Shown in pieces: positions 26,222 through 38,815 of a stretch of DNA of 64,000 nucleotides (positions within the stretch are counted from its first letter, which is position 1; every line of letters starts with the position of its first letter). A program made the translations under genes and the position numbers. The DNA is taken from NCBI RefSeq assembly GCF_006345805.1, contig NC_043002.1, positions 107,446,001 to 107,510,000 on the forward strand, given 5' to 3'. The notes under the pieces are model-generated. The model saw only the letters and a list, made by a program, of their open reading frames with translations. It was not told the DNA's origin and searched no databases. Source of the DNA: Octopus sinensis. Its lineage: Eukaryota.

Positions 26222-26520
26222 GGGTCCCAGTTGAGCCAATCAACGGAACAGCCTACTCATGAAATTAACGCGCAAGTGGCTGAGCACTCCTCAGACACGT
26301 TTACCCTTAACGCAGTTCTCTGGGAGATTCAGCATGACACAAAGTGTGACGAAGCTGGCCCTTTGAAATACAGCTACAACTCATTTTTGCCAGCTGAGTT
26401 GACTGGAACAACGTGAAATAAAGTGTCTTGCTCAAGGTCACAACGTATCGCCGGGACTCGAACTCACGACCTTACAATCGCGAGTCGAATGCCTTAACCA
26501 CTAAGTCACGCACCTTCACC
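26222..26520 (-). mobile_element. tRNA-derived SINE (shares its tail with family D)
   Basis: Reverse tRNA-like head (GTGAGTTCGAGTCCCGG) and ATCAACGGAACAGCC tail shared with the 28.3 kb copy. Confidence 0.7.
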
Positions 26521-26623
26521 GTGAATAGTGTAGCCGGGAGGAGAATGTAGATATAACTCACTATATCTGTCTTTGGTTTAATGACTGAGTGTTTGAAAAC
26601 AGTTCAAACAATTATATTTAAAA

Positions 26624-27020
26624 CTAGCAGTATCGCCCGGCGTTGCTCGGGTTTGTAAGGGAAATAACTATATAAGCATTTTTAGAGAGTTATAGCCAAA
26701 AAATAGCAAAAAAATGCATTAAAAATGAGGAAAAAATGATGGTAAAAATTTTTTTTAATCGTTGACTCATCGTAGACATTTTTAGAGAGTTACTTCCCTT
26801 ATATAATAGAAAAAAATGCATTAAAATGGAAAAAAATGATGGTAATTTTTTTTTTAAATCGTAGACTCATCGTAGACGCGCGCTAATACTCAGAAGGGCT
26901 CGATATGAATCACGACTATAAGATACCCGGTTTTGGTTAAACTGCACCACAAAATGTGAGAGTAGTTAAGAATCTAAATCGTAGGAGACAGACACACAAC
27001 TTGACTTTTATATATAAAGA
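26624..27020 (-). mobile_element. Non-autonomous Helitron (family 1)
   Basis: Same TC.../hairpin/CTAG termini as 14410-14790, with an internal ~100-bp duplication. Confidence 0.8.
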
Positions 27021-27399
27021 TATTAAGAGACACTGGAAATGTTTAATTATTTATAAACTATCGAACTGGAAAATTTATAGCATAGTATTTGTTGATGTAT
27101 GTAGCTGTCACGTTAGGAAAGGAGAAATCAGTCATGAATTATTTTTCAACTGTTTGGTCTGATAACAGTTTGAAAAAGTTTAGCGTTTGAAAACCTCTAT
27201 CTCAGAATGGCGGTTAAAAAGATATTGGTAAAAAAAAATTATAAAATAGTCGGAAATGCAAAGCATCCTCCAGAACCTGCTGAAGCGATTATAGTTTGGT
27301 AAAACTTTGACGATATAGTAAAGATTATTTGCCAACATAACATAACAGGACCCCCACTCAGCTCAAAACAATATCTGTGGTGCTAGATTCCCTTGTTCG

Positions 27400-28316
27400 A
27401 AAATATAAGGACACAGATCGTGTCGTATAGCCAGCTGGAGACGATGTCTTCCTGGGGCTAAATTACAGCAACATTCGTCCTAAACCAGGACTGCCGTGTT
27501 ATGTTGGCAAATAATCTTCACTCCAAAGCACTGTTGCCGAATATCTCTCGTTGTGAGATTTGCAAATAGTAATTTTCTAATTTACGTTATAGTTCAAATT
27601 ATTATTTTAAAATTTGAAATAAACGTGAACGTGTTACTGTGATGATTGCAAAATAGGCAGATATTTTGACTAGTGTAATTTGAATTTAATAGGTAAGAAG
27701 TATGATTTTAAAAACTGTTTTCGTTTTTACGGTAATGCAATGAAATTTTCCTTTGGAAATACATCTACGGCCTAGTGAACAAGCATTCAGGTGTATGTGC
27801 TTACAGGATTGTGAACTGTGGTTTGATTAGGAATCGGATGCTAAAGATAGCTATGCCTTGTGATGGAATAAAATACTTTTATAAAATTTTAACCACAAAT
27901 TTCTAACTCTGGAGCTAAAAATTATTAAATTTTAAAAAAAATTGTTATATTTATGGTGATGGTGGAAGTGTTTTTGCCGCAAGTTGAAGAATGTTTTAGC
28001 TCCGGAGTTGGAAACTTGTGGTTAAAAGGAGTATTAAACCAAGTGGTGTTTCTTTCTTTATTTCTTTTCGGAGAATCCACTTCGTGCTTATCGCGAAACG
28101 CATAAAAAAAAATTTAACAAGAATATTTAGAATATTATTGGTGATTAGGGAGCGACTCAATGGGTTTTCTAAAAGGAGAGAACTGAGGAACGGAGATTGA
28201 CAGTTACGACGAGAAAGCTGTCTTTAAATTAGTCTCGATAACGAATTTTAAATTTAGCTCCTTGAAAAAGTTATGAAGTTCTTTCCTAAACTATTTCTGC
28301 AAAGTCTTTTCACATT
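27400..28316 (-). pseudogene. Highly degenerate Penelope-like element (RT thumb, linker, probable GIY-YIG remnants)
   Basis: Manual minus-strand translation across frameshifts gives KELHNFFKELNLKFVIETNLKT, FLVVTVNL, PFRKP, TTWFNTPF and AKTFFNLRQKHF..HKY, matching the PLE thumb/linker pattern (NFLDVT, PYRKPN, WFNPPY, GKxFLxLxxKHF). Confidence 0.6.
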
Positions 28317-28702
28317 GGAAGCACTCCGTCGGTTACGACGACGAGGGTTCCGGTTGATCCGATCAACGGAACAGCCTGCCCGTGAAATTAACGTGTAAGT
28401 GGCTGAGCACTCCACAGACACGTGTACCCTTAACGCAGTTCTCGGGGATATTCAGCGTGACACAGAGAGTGACAAGGCCGGCCCTTTGAAATACAGGTAC
28501 AAAAGAAACAGGAAGTAAGAGTGAGAGAAAGTTGTGGTGAAAGAGTACAGCAGGTATCACCACCATCCCCTGCCGGAGCCTCGTGGAGCTTTTTTAGGTG
28601 TTTTCGCTCAATAAACACTCACAACGCCAGGTCTGGGAACCGAAACCGCGATCCTACGACCGCGAGTCCGCTGCCCTAACCACTGGGCCATTGCGCCTGC
28701 AC
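28317..28702 (-). mobile_element. SINE family D with 11-bp TSD
   Basis: Flanked by CTTTTCACATT at 28306-28316 and 28703-28713. Confidence 0.85.
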
Positions 28703-29822
28703 CTTTTCACATTACCCACTTCTCAAATATACTGGGATTTATGATGTAAGCGATTTTTTGTCTGCTCGATTAGCGATAACCTAAGCGTCCGTCTGTATGT
28801 ATATACGTGTCTGTGTATGGCTGTGCGTGCATGTGTGTTCGCGCGCGTGGTTCTGGATCATAATCCAAAAATTACACAACTCAGGAATGACGTAATCTCG
28901 AAAGCTCGGGCTTGTGGGTTAACCTTCCGAAATTATGGGGGTTACGTGTGTGTGTTTTTTTATGTCTTCAGGAAGAATTCTGTTATCGTCAGGCCTACAG
29001 CGGGATGGGATCCTCCTGGTCTAAAAATACCCGAAGAGACGGTGTCTCTATCACTCCTTCAAGGAATTGAGGACCCAGAAGACACAAGCATGCGCGTGCC
29101 CGTACACACACACACACACACACACGTTGTATTAATGTTTGTTTTTATGTCGAGTTATAAAAGCAATTTAGCATTAAACTGAAGGATTACTCAATACGTC
29201 ACTTAGCGGTTCGGCAAAAGACACCGATAGAATAAGTACCGGGCTTACAAAGTATAAGTCCCAGGGTCGAGTTGCTCGACTAAAGGCGGTGCTCCAGCAT
29301 GGCCGCAGTCAACTGACTGAAACAAGTAAAAGAGTAAAAAGAGTAATACTTGGATCTTTTCTATTTTGAGGCCAGTTTTTTCAAATTTTTCCTACTGAAC
29401 CAAACAATTTGAAACTTCGTATACTGGTAGAATGTGTCAAAAGTAAACTTAATTGTAAACCAGAATGAAAACGGAATTGTAACTTCTAAGTTTAACGTTG
29501 TTTAATAATTAGAATTTTAACCAATGATATTCCGTCATTCGGCTTTATTTTATTTACTCCGTCTAGACCACCAATTTCGTGACGTATTTAACATCTTAAA
29601 TGTAAACAAGTCAGCCACCTTCTAATAACAATATTTAAAACTAGTTAATAAGCCACATGTATTAAATTGAAAATGTTTCCATTCTGTATGTCTGCATGTA
29701 TGTGTGTGTGTATGTATGTGTAAGTGTGTGTGTGTGTGTGTGTATGTATGTGTGTGTGTGTATGTATGTGTGTGTGTGTATGTATGTATAGCCGATTCAT
29801 CGTAATCGTAATTACGATAAAT

Positions 29823-30185
29823 TGGCCATACATACATAGATACATACACACACACACATACATGCAGACATACATATACACATACACCGAGTAAAAAATT
29901 TCAGTTATCTCTCTCTTTCACACATTACTCTCTCTGTCTCTTCACACACACTAACAGAAGCACTTCACTTACACAACATACTGTCTGTCTCCCACACCCC
30001 ATCAAACACACACACACACACATGTACATCAATGCTTCCCCTAGACGGTAACTTCAAAGACAAACTTCCCTCGTCATAAAATCGCTTCCTCTTAGTCTCT
30101 TTCGCTCTCATTACTTATGTGAAAAAATAAAAGTTTTTTACGGAAATCGACGGAAAACTTGTGCTACGACAAGCGAAACTTCGCC
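29823..30185 (+). mobile_element. Merlin-like MITE, left-truncated copy
   Basis: Near-identical to 33290-33660 including the right TIR (...CGACAAGCGAAACTTCGCC); left TIR absent. Confidence 0.75.
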
Positions 30186-31241
30186 GAAATTTAATATTAA
30201 AAAAGCAAAGAGCTGGCAGAAACGTTAGCACGCCGGGCGAAATGCGTAGCCGTATTTCGTCTGCCGTTACGTTCTGTGTTTGTTTACAGTTTTCCGAACG
30301 TTAGTACGTCACAAAAGCGCTTTCTACGTCACACTAATAGAATGCAGTCAAGTTTTACACATGAAAACAAACAATCTGATTGGTTAAAATTCGCAGTTTT
30401 AATCTACGATTAAAGTCATAAAATAGATTTTTCTCAAATAAACTAGTTCCAACCTGTGTCTTGTTTTGCTAGACTCTATCAGCATACGAAGTTTCAGATT
30501 ATTTAGTTAAGTAGAAAGATCTGTGGTCCTGGCTTCAGAATAGAAAAGATCCTAATACTTTTTAGTAGAGTACATTTTTATCAAACTTTTACAAGGAGAA
30601 GCTTAACTGTGTAACGAGGGCGAGCAAGTCGAAACTTAGAAGTCATTGTGCACCTTTTCTTCGTGGAAGTTTATACACGCACCCAGGTAGATTGATCTTG
30701 ACGGAAGGCAATGTGTGTGTGTGTGTGTAATAAATTTTGCCACTCGCCTTGTCTATGTCTGCAACTGTTTGCTTGTTAACTTAATTCCTCACAAATTCGC
30801 ACCACCGAAACACCGGTGTAAGTTTCTGGTTCACAGACAGGGTCACATACTTCTTAAGATTATCTCCTCCCATGAAGCTGTCGTCTAAAACAATATGGCT
30901 AAAAGGTGCCTAAACTCCGAATTATCAACAAATCATGCAAGGTAGCAGGAAAATGTCAACTGGCAGCCGTTCGACCCTTAGTTTATTTTTCCGCCCCGTT
31001 TATCTAATGGCCAGCATAGGGTTCTCTGCATGTATGTGTGTAAACTCCACTCACCCCTTCTTAACCACCTGCACCCACACCGCTCACACACTTCTTTTCT
31101 GCCCCTCCCCTTACACAGAAGCCCTCACCCATTCTTCTCTTCGTAACGCCCCCCCCCCCCCCGGAGAACTGCATTTGATCCAGGCCCCTAAACTTTTTTC
31201 TCTTTCTTCTTCTAGCCTTTCTGCCATTCTTGTTCCTTTCG

Positions 31242-31277
31242 TTTTCTGATGACGGTTTAATGTCCGAAACGTCAAAG
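31242..31277 (+). ncRNA. Minimal type I hammerhead motif, canonical core and GUC site
   Basis: UUUU | CUGAUGA C | GG...CC | GAAA CGU C | AAAG. Confidence 0.6.
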
Positions 31278-31698
31278 ACTGTTTTTTTTCTCTTTCAAAC
31301 GTTTTATTTTTCTTGTATTTCTTGCTCATTCATCATATGTATGTGTGTTTGTATGTATGCGGGTGCGTGTATGCATATATATATATATATATATTTGTGT
31401 ATGAGTGTATGTATATATATATATAAATATATATGCATGTGTTATGTATGCATACATATATACATATTCACACATGCTTGACATCTAGAGCACAATCTAA
31501 GCCCATATAAAGTCCTCTCACAGCTTACGAACCAGATTATCGCATTACCGATTTCACCAAAGATTTTACCAAAGTTTATTTTCTGTTCCAAGACAAGTTC
31601 CTACATTTGAAAGAGGAACTTTTCTCTGAAGCGTGTCGTTAATCTATGAAATTATTACAGCATGTGAAAGACCCGCGATTCGAACTCCCGTGAAATTA

Positions 31699-31758
<60 letters not shown>

Positions 31759-32673
31759 GTTGGTGATCCTCGAGTTTAGCGCATCAGTTTCACTTAAGTC
31801 AATGTTGATGGCATGCTCCGAGATATTGGCTCAAATCAAACAGCTCGAAATGATATAAAGCTATATGTATCTCGAAACGATCTCCATGCAAGGACAAAAT
31901 AGTTTCGCTCCTTGCAAAATCTCTCCGATTTCTTCCTTTCTTTTTTGTTTTTGTTTTTTGGGTCATCTTTGCTGTCTTTGGTTATATAGCTTTTACATAT
32001 TTATTTTGTTAATTGTGAAGTTGCATTGCATTTACTTAAATCCGTCATCAAAATCCGCTCCCTCCCTCCCCCCTCACCCCGCTGATATTTCCCACCAATT
32101 GCACCTTTACCCTTGCACATTACTCCCTGCATTCCCTTCTTCTCCCATCCTTAACCATCTCTTACTCTCCCCTCTGATTCCCTGTCCATATCCTCTCTTT
32201 TACTAACCATCTCCCCTACCCTGAGTGTTTTCTCCAACAACACATCACTTCCATCTTTATCTCCTCCCCAGCTACTCCTCCTCCTCCCCCTCCTCATCCT
32301 TATGTAATGTGAGGTTGCCATGTATCTCTTCTATAGCAAGGCATCTGTGCTTGCCCTTCCCTCATACTTCAGTCTCTCAGTACTTGGCATAAAGCTACCT
32401 CTCTCCACCACCCCGCTCATACCCCTCCTCCCTCGCACTTGGATCATTTCCTCTTCTTTTCTGTCTTTCAACTTGGCAACCTCACCAGTGCTGGTGGCAG
32501 GAATAAAAGGGGTTGGCATTAGGAAAGGGCATCCAGCTGCAGGAAACATGCCAAAACTGATTCTGGGTCTCAGCACAGCCCTGCTGCTTGCCAGATCCTG
32601 TTGAACCATTTAGCTCATGCCAGCATGGAAAACGGGTGCTAAACGATGATGATACAAACACACACGATGTTGC

Positions 32674-33294
32674 CATGGGCCAGGGACTGGGGTGCAAGCG
32701 CATCCCCTAAAATTTTTGTGGGATCCAAAATCAAAATTTGCACCCTTACTTACTTTTCGCAGGTTTACAAAACTGAGTAAAAAGCGATTTGTAAAAAGTA
32801 GCTTTGATTGGGTTTCTTCTCAAAGAACGTAAATAAACTCAAAGAGTAGAAAGATGAAGCCAGTCGCTGAGTAAATTGTTTAAGGTGATCGTGGCTGCAC
32901 GATGGCCACGTGCACGCACTTGGCCAGGAACTTCTCCACTGCAGCTCAAGAATTGAGACGTGCATTCTTGACGAGGCTGGTTGCAGCGAATTGCCGGGGT
33001 CCATCTGCTTTTGTCACGCCTGCCCGTCAGGCGTTGCCCTCTTCCGCCGGAGTCAGTCCTTGGAGGCTTGAGATTGTTCTCCTCTGCTTGCTTCGCTGAT
33101 GTTGGTGTTTAGTCTGGGACCTCATCCTCGACCTTGTCGCCATGGGTGGCCCTACCAGGAGTTTAAGACTCCAGACGGCATCGCTCTTGGAATCATTGGC
33201 ACACACAAGGGCGATGTTTCGCTTGTCGTAGCACACGTTTCCGTCGATTTCCTCCGTCGATTTCCGTAAAAAATGTAAACACTGAATCGGCCAT

Positions 33295-33325
<31 letters not shown>

Positions 33326-33797
33326 TACATACACACACACACATACATAGATACATACACACACACATACATGCAGACATACATATACACGTACACCGAG
33401 TAAAAAATTTCAGTTATCTCTTTCTTTCACACATTACTCTCTCTGTCTCTTCACACACACTAACAGAAGCACTTCACTTACACAACATACTGTCTGTCTC
33501 CCACACCCCATCAAACACACACACGGGGACTTCAAGAGAAATTTCCTCGTCATAAAATCGCTTCCTCTTAGTCTCTTTCGCTCTCATTACTTATGTAAAA
33601 AAATAAAAGTTTTTTACGGAAATCGACGGAAACTTGTGCTACGACAAGCGAAACATCGCCCACACAAGCTCTTACACCACGGCAAGGGATGACCATTGGA
33701 AGAGTTAAATAAATAATTTTTTTTAAATGAACTTATTTGTAAAAATTTTGGGGCCTGGGTTTGCACCCCCTAAACAAATTTCGTTCCCGAGCCAATG
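32674..33797. mobile_element. hAT-like non-autonomous element
   Basis: Imperfect TIRs CATGGGCCAGGGA / CATTGGCTCGGGA (reverse complement), subterminal GGGGTGCAA motifs at both ends, 8-bp TSD GATGTTGC (32666-32673) / GATATTGC (33798-33805). Confidence 0.65.
33210..33660. mobile_element. Merlin-like MITE, complete
   Basis: ~50-bp TIRs starting GGCGATGTTTCGCTTGTCGTAGCAC; perfect 8-bp TSD CACACAAG (33202-33209, 33661-33668). GG-start TIRs with an 8-bp TSD fit Merlin; MULE not excluded. Confidence 0.75.
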
Positions 33798-34244
33798 GAT
33801 ATTGCTGTATTAAGGTTCATGGACACCATGAGAGGTGTGTTCAGTCGTTTTGATGTGTTTAATTCGGATCCTTATCCCCCAAATACACGTCTTGATAAAC
33901 CGAAGTGAAGGTGATGTTTGAAAATCAAAGATCGTGTGAAGTGTTTCTCTTTCGGTGGTGCCCCAGCTTGACCGCAGCCGCATGGCTGAAGCGAGTAAAA
34001 GAATAAAAGGATGTTTGCTAGAATTACCTTACAGGTGTGGCCTGTTTCATAATAAGAACTATCTCTAAGGTCTGCTTGATAGAAAAAAAAGTACAAATGT
34101 TACCCATGTCTGTTTTAAGTGGTGGCCCGACCTACTTAAAAATAGCAGTCAAATATTCCCGGAATGATCATCTATCGTCTCCTAGAAACAACAGAGTCGT
34201 GGTGGTGACGCTGGTGCCGGTGCCGCCGCCTACATACTCAGTAC

Positions 34245-34838
34245 GAGGGCGGCGAGCTGGCACAATCGTTAGCACGCCGGGCGAAATGCGTAGCCATATT
34301 TCGTCTGCCGTTACATTCTGAGTTCAAATTCCGCCGAGGTCGACTTTGCCTTTCATCCTTTCGGGGTCGATTAAATAAGTACCAGCTACGCACTGGGGTC
34401 GATGTAATCGACTTAATCCGTTTGTCTGTCCTTGTTTGTACTCTCTGTGTTTAGCCCCTTGTGGGCAGTAAAGAAATAGATATTTCGTCTGCCGTTACGT
34501 CCTGAGTTCAAATTCCGCCGAGGTCGACTTAGCCTTTCATCCTTTCGTAGTCGATTAAATAAGTACCAGTTACGCACTGGGGTCAATATAATCGACTTAA
34601 TCCGTTTGCCTGTCCTTGTTTGTACTCTCTGTGTTTAGCCTCTTGTGGGTAGTAAATAAATAGTTATTTCGCCTGCCGTTACGTTCTGAGTTCAAATTCC
34701 GCCGAGGTCGACTTTGCTTTTCATCCTTCCGGGGTCGATTAAATAAGTACCATTTACGCACTGGGGTCGATATAATCCGTTTGTCTGTCCTTGTTTGTCC
34801 CCTCTATGTTTAGCCCCCTGTGGGCAACAAAGAAATAT
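34245..34838 (+). mobile_element. SINE family A trimer (184-bp period)
   Basis: Body units begin at 34297, 34481 and 34665. Confidence 0.85.
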
Positions 34839-35742
34839 ACATACTCAGTGCTTAAGGGAACACTCAAAGGCTGTATTTTATTTCACCATTTGACAATATT
34901 TTGAATCTGGTATTTATTCTATCGGTCTGTTTTGTCGAACCGCTAGGTTATGGGGACGTGTGCGTGCGCGCGCGTGTGTGAAAAAGTACAAAATATACAA
35001 AAATAACAGTTGTAAGGAATGAAATGGGATTATTGTATTAAACGAGTTTTGCGTTATATAACACGTGGTCGGCCGACATGCTAGTAAGAGTAGCCAAATA
35101 TTTTTCAATTCACAACCTAGCTATATTAAAAAAACAAAACAAACACGAGATTATATATTGGATAATGTACTCTGAATAGACGGGATCGTCATGGGTAGAT
35201 TGTTTTTTATTAATATTAATCATCGGCGGAAAAGATTTTCAGGTTAGAAAAATATTCAAATTTACCGCCAGTTATTGGCGGTTATCTCCCTTGGATCATT
35301 AATCGCTTCAGATAAACTTGGATTTCACTTACAGTTGGAAATCTCTGTGTGTGTGTGTAATCCTACATACATGCGCATGTGTGTGTGTATTTATATTTCT
35401 TAATTAATCACCTCACTCTATATGTATGCGCTTATGCATAACATATAAATATAACTTTGCACACACACACACGCGACTATATACTACACGCGTGTTGATA
35501 ACCTTCTTTTCTTGTTTGTACTAAATGATGTACTATTTATGTATTAATAAATTATAATAGTCCTTTCTACTTTATATGTACAAGGCCTGAAATTTTGGGG
35601 GTTGGAAATTTTGGGGTTCGATCACATCGATTTCGTTTCTCACCTGCTATTTATTTTCATTGACTTCGAAAAGGATGAAAGGCAAAGTCTACCTTGGTGG
35701 AATTTGAACTCTGAACGTAAAGAGCCGGGGGGGGAAAAAAAT

Positions 35743-36320
35743 GGAAAGACTTCCGCCCGTCCCCACCGACTCGTTTTCTCCCAAATTTGCTTATTTTTGT
35801 AAATTTTTTTGACAAAAATCCCCGTTTTCGGATACGGAGGTTTTGGAAAATTGCCAAAAATCGGTATTGTGAAATCCCCCCTTCCCCCAACTTCTTCAAT
35901 TTTGACTTTTTTCCCCAACACTAACCCTAAAACCCTAACCCTAACCCTAACTCTAAAACACTAACCCTAACCCTAAAACACTAACCCTAACCCTAAAACA
36001 CTAATCCTAATCCTAAAACCATAACCCTGACTCTAACCCTAAAACCCTAATCCTAAAACCGTAACCGTAATTACAGAAATGTTTTGAAATTTTTGTCCGA
36101 AAATTGATGTCCGTATTTTTCCGCATATTTTGAAAAAAAAATTGTAAAAAAAGTTTAAAATGAAGGGAAAGGGGGTGGGGTGGTAATTTAGAAATGTCGA
36201 TTTATGCCAATTTTTTTGCAGATTCGAATTCCTTGTTGCCGAAAATGTGGGGTTTGTGTCAGAAAAAAATTTTTTTTTCAAAGGCTGGTTTTTTTGTGGG
36301 GGACGGGCGGAAGTCTTGCC
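35743..36320. mobile_element. 578-bp MITE with internal telomere-like repeats
   Basis: 22-bp TIRs GGAAAGACTTCCGCCCGTCCCC / GGGGACGGGCGGAAGTCTTGCC (1 mismatch), 8-bp TSD AAAAAAAT (35735-35742, 36321-36328), inserted in a family A SINE. Confidence 0.8.
35921..36070 (-). repeat. Interstitial telomere-like (TTAGGG)n variant array
   Basis: CCCTAA/CACTAA/CCCTAAAA units; 20-bp higher-order period over 35941-36020. Confidence 0.9.
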
Positions 36321-36694
36321 AAAAAAATACCACCAAGTACTGATATCAACCAGCTGATGTAACAAACTCGCTTGAAACTACCGAAGACTAATAATAATAA
36401 TAATGGTTTCAAATTTTGCCACAAGGACAGCAATTTTGGAGGAAGAGATGAATCAATTACATCGACCCCAGCACGCAACTGGTACTTATTTTACTAACCC
36501 CGAATGGATGAAAGGCAAAGTCAAGCTCGGCGGAATTTGAACTCAGAACATGAAGACGGGCGAAATACCTAATTCTTTGCTACCCAAAAGGGGACAAACA
36601 AGGACAGACAAGGACAGACAAACGGATTAAGTCGATTAGATCGACCCCAGCACGCAACTGGTACTTATTTTACTAACCCCGAAAGGATGAAAGG

Positions 36695-36866
36695 CCAAGC
36701 TGGAGCACTGCCTTTAGTCGAGCAAATCGACCTCAGGACTTATTCTTTGTAAGCCTAGTACTTATTCTATTGGTCTCTTTTGCTGAACCGCTAAGTTACG
36801 GGGACGTAAACACACCACTATCGGTTGTCAAGCAATGTTGGGGGACAAACACAGACACACAAACAT

Positions 36867-36899
<33 letters not shown>

Positions 36900-37066
36900 C
36901 ATATATACGACAGGCTTCTTTCAGTTTCCATCTATGAAATCCACTCACAAGGCATTGGTTGGCCCGGGGCTATAGCAGAAGACACTCGCCCAAGATGCCA
37001 CGCAGTGTGACTGAACCCAGAACCATGTGCTTCGTTAGCAAGCTACTTACCACACAGCCACTCCTA
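36695..37066 (-). mobile_element. SINE family B
   Basis: Reverse copy, truncated at the tail and abutting family A pieces at 36400-36695. Confidence 0.8.
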
Positions 37067-37426
37067 CAGCTTGTGTGGAATTTGAGAGGAAATTGGATCA
37101 AAGCCTTCTGTCGTGTCTGAAGGACAAATATACATTGATCAATAGATAATATAGATTGATAGATAGATAGATTGATAGTGAGAGAAAGAGGGGGTAGGGT
37201 GGTGATGTGTGTAGTGAGACGTTTGCTTCCTTACCAGGTTCCAGGTTCAATCCCACTGCATGGCGCCAAAGCTTTGTGAGTGGATTTGGCAGGCTGAAAT
37301 GCTGTGTAGGTGTCTTTGTGTTTATCTCACACCACCACCACCACTTGACAACTGTTGTTGGTTTGTTTATGTCCCCATAACTTAGCAATTTGGTTTAAGA
37401 GACATAGAAGTAAGTACCAGGCTTCA

Positions 37427-37464
<38 letters not shown>

Positions 37465-37895
37465 TGGTAACAATAATAATAATGATAGTAATTAATAAGT
37501 ACCGCGGTCAATTTATTTGACTAAACCTATCAAAGTAGTACTCCAGCATGGCCACAGTCTTTAGATGAAAAATAGATAGAAAGATACATACACACATAAA
37601 TAGATACTCCTACACACACACATATATGCATAAATATATACATGACAATCATTCAAAGCCACAGTCTTATTATAAAAGCAATTAACACCAAACAAGATCA
37701 ATAATATATACAAATTACAAAGTAGACAACTTTTTTTTTTCTGTAATCATCGACCGACCTCATTATTTTCCTGAATTCAATTAACGTTGTTAAATTTGTG
37801 GAGTTATGAAAAAAGATTAAACTGTAAAATTATTCATTACTAGAGAGAATTTCATTTTAAGGAGACATTGATTTTTTAAAAAAAAATTACAATGA

Positions 37896-37933
<38 letters not shown>

Positions 37934-37987
37934 TATGTTGGTTGAATGTATGTATGTATATTAACTTTTATGATTTACCAGCAGTAA

Positions 37988-38815
37988 AGTGGTGAGCAGG
38001 CAGAAACGTTAGCACGCCAGGTGAAATGCTCAGCGGTATTTCATCTGCCGTTACATTGTGAGTTCAAATTCCGCCGATGTCGACTTTGCCTTTCATCCTT
38101 TCGGGGTCGATAAATTAAGTATCGGTTATGTGCTGGAGTCAATGTAATCGACTTAATCCCTTTGTCTGTCATTGTTTGTCCCCTCTGTGTTTAGCCCCTT
38201 GTGGGTAATAAAGAAATAGGCATTTCATCTGTCTTTACATTCTGAGTTCAAATTCCGCCAAGGTCAACTTTGCCTTTCATCCTTTCAGGGTCGATAAATT
38301 AAGTACCAGTTATGCACTGGGGTCAATGTAATCGACTTAATCCCTTTGTCTGTCCTTGTTTGTCCCCTCTATGTTTAGCCCCTTGTGGGCAATAAAGGAA
38401 TAAGAAATGTTAGCACGCTGGGCGAAATGCTGAATGGTAGTTCATCTCTCTTTATGTTATGTGTTAAAATTAGACTTTGCCTTTTATCCTTTCGGGGTCA
38501 ATAAATTAAGTATTGGGATCGATCTAACTGACTGACCCCTTCCCCCAAAATTTCGGGCTTTGTGCCTGCCTGGAGTAGAAAAGATTATTTACCAGCAGGA
38601 AGGTGGTGAGCAAGTAGAATTGTTCTGTGCTGGAAAATATGCATAGTACCATTTCTTCCATCTTCAGAATTCTGAGTTCAAATGCTGCCAAGGTTGGCTT
38701 TGCCTTTCACCCTTTTGGGGCTGATAAAATAAGTACCAGTTTAGTACTGGAGTCAATGTAAGAGCTTACCTCTATCTCTGAAATTGCTGGCCTTGTGCCA
38801 AAATTTGACACCATT
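37988..38815 (+). mobile_element. SINE family A multimer/cluster
   Basis: Head plus two tandem bodies (junction AAAGAAATAGG|CATTTC), then further copies. Confidence 0.8.

Noticed and set aside
29823-33660. ~370-bp direct repeats 3.4 kb apart as LTRs of a retrotransposon
   Set aside because: The second copy has its own TIRs and TSD; there are no TG...CA ends, PBS or gag/pol between them.
34297-34838. Regularly spaced repeats resembling a CRISPR array
   Set aside because: Whole 184-bp units repeat with no unique spacers; this is eukaryotic SINE sequence.
35921-36070. True telomere or chromosome-fusion scar
   Set aside because: Short, degenerate, single orientation, and enclosed by TIRs and a TSD.
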